Notes under the pieces: generated by a model
Database searches by the model: none
Told to the model about the DNA's origin: nothing
Seen by the model: only the letters and a program-made list of their open reading frames with translations
Made by a program: the position numbers and the translations under genes
In this document: positions 63,501-64,000 of the stretch, piece after piece
How positions within the stretch are numbered: position 1 is the first letter of the stretch
Layout: each line of letters starts with the position of its first letter
Assembly: GCA_029953675.1 (NCBI GenBank)
Contig: JAMWBK010000010.1
Location: 1,302,001 to 1,366,000, forward strand
From: Rhodosorus marinus CCMP1338
Taxonomy: Eukaryota > Plantae > Rhodophyta
DNA: 64,000 nucleotides
Direction of reading: 5' to 3'

Positions 63501-63676
63501 TGAAGTCATGGAATCACTTAGGATGTGAAGAGCTTGAGGCCATGGTTGTGGTACAGCTGCAAAACTGGTTCGTTCCAGATCCTAGTATGATCAAGGACGC
63601 GACAGCGAAACTCCAAAAGCGCGACTTTCTCCGGCATGATCAGGAAAGGAACACTTATACATACATAAACTGCTAA
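60576..63676 (+). CDS. Highly divergent cullin, multi-exon; 5' end uncertain
   Basis: Cullin-homology signature (YRRKLVERAL..SMVNDLKKS..ILSSQNW..KRKLTF..SILLLFN) and winged-helix C-terminus VQAAVMRVMKS..FVPDPSMIK..RDFLRHD..YTY with the neddylation Lys position retained. Confidence 0.8.
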
Positions 63677-63758
63677 CTACACTTCCCTGTTCTCTATTTT
63701 TATTCCCTTTGGATTGTGTAACGCAAAACACTTGTACATATGGAAAAGTATGAAATCA

Positions 63759-64000
63759 CTAGAAACTGTGATCCCATAAAACACTTGTCGCAATGGCCAC
63801 TTTGGAAGTACTTGCTAATTTTTGGGATGGTTTTGTCATGCGGAAGCATAGAAACAGACAGCACAGCGACGTACCAGGCTTTGACTTGGTGAAGCAGGAA
63901 GCGAAAGTCGACTTGGCCACTCGCTCAAGCTTGTCCAAGTCAAATTGATATGCACCTGTGTCTATGCTTCCGCTTGACAAAACCGGTCCAGCAAAAATAA
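63759..64000 (-). CDS. Probable 3' end of a gene running off the window; product unknown
   Basis: Open frame from the window edge to TAG at 63759, with a possible 60-bp intron at 63874-63815. Convergent with the cullin. Confidence 0.3.
   Translation of the reverse strand, partial: IFAGPVLSSGSIDTGAYQFDLDKLERVAKSTFASCFTKSKPGTSLCCLFLCFRMTKPSQKLASTSKVAIATSVLWDHSF

Overview
Eukaryotic nuclear DNA from a compact genome with short GT-AG introns (mostly about 70-95 bp, one apparent GC-AG). Several proteins carry Met-x-Phe-Val-like plastid transit peptides (MAFV, MGFV, MSFV, MIGFV), which points to a red alga. This is an inference and no species is assigned. Well-supported genes: MCM2, MSH4, glucose-6-phosphate isomerase, a TLDc protein, a DUF1764 protein, retinoblastoma-related RBR, a CbbY-like HAD phosphatase, an AAAP amino-acid transporter, a secreted 7-bladed FG-GAP propeller, a PPR-like protein, protein prenyltransferase alpha, a CCCH zinc-finger protein, an MSI4/FVE-like WD40 protein, exportin-7, a very divergent cullin, and several uncharacterised plastid-targeted proteins. 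Gene-poor stretches (about 29.8-31.2, 33-36.4, 42-44.5, 52.4-53.9 and 59-60 kb) hold decayed repeats, a hAT-like non-autonomous transposon and a long hairpin. The strongest novelty candidate is at 25320-27689: two ORFs join across an 81-bp intron into one 762-aa plastid-targeted protein made of an unknown domain, a C4 zinc ribbon and a tyrosine-aminotransferase fold that has lost its catalytic lysine. No tRNA, rRNA or CRISPR array was seen. Exon boundaries were read by eye and no database searches were run.
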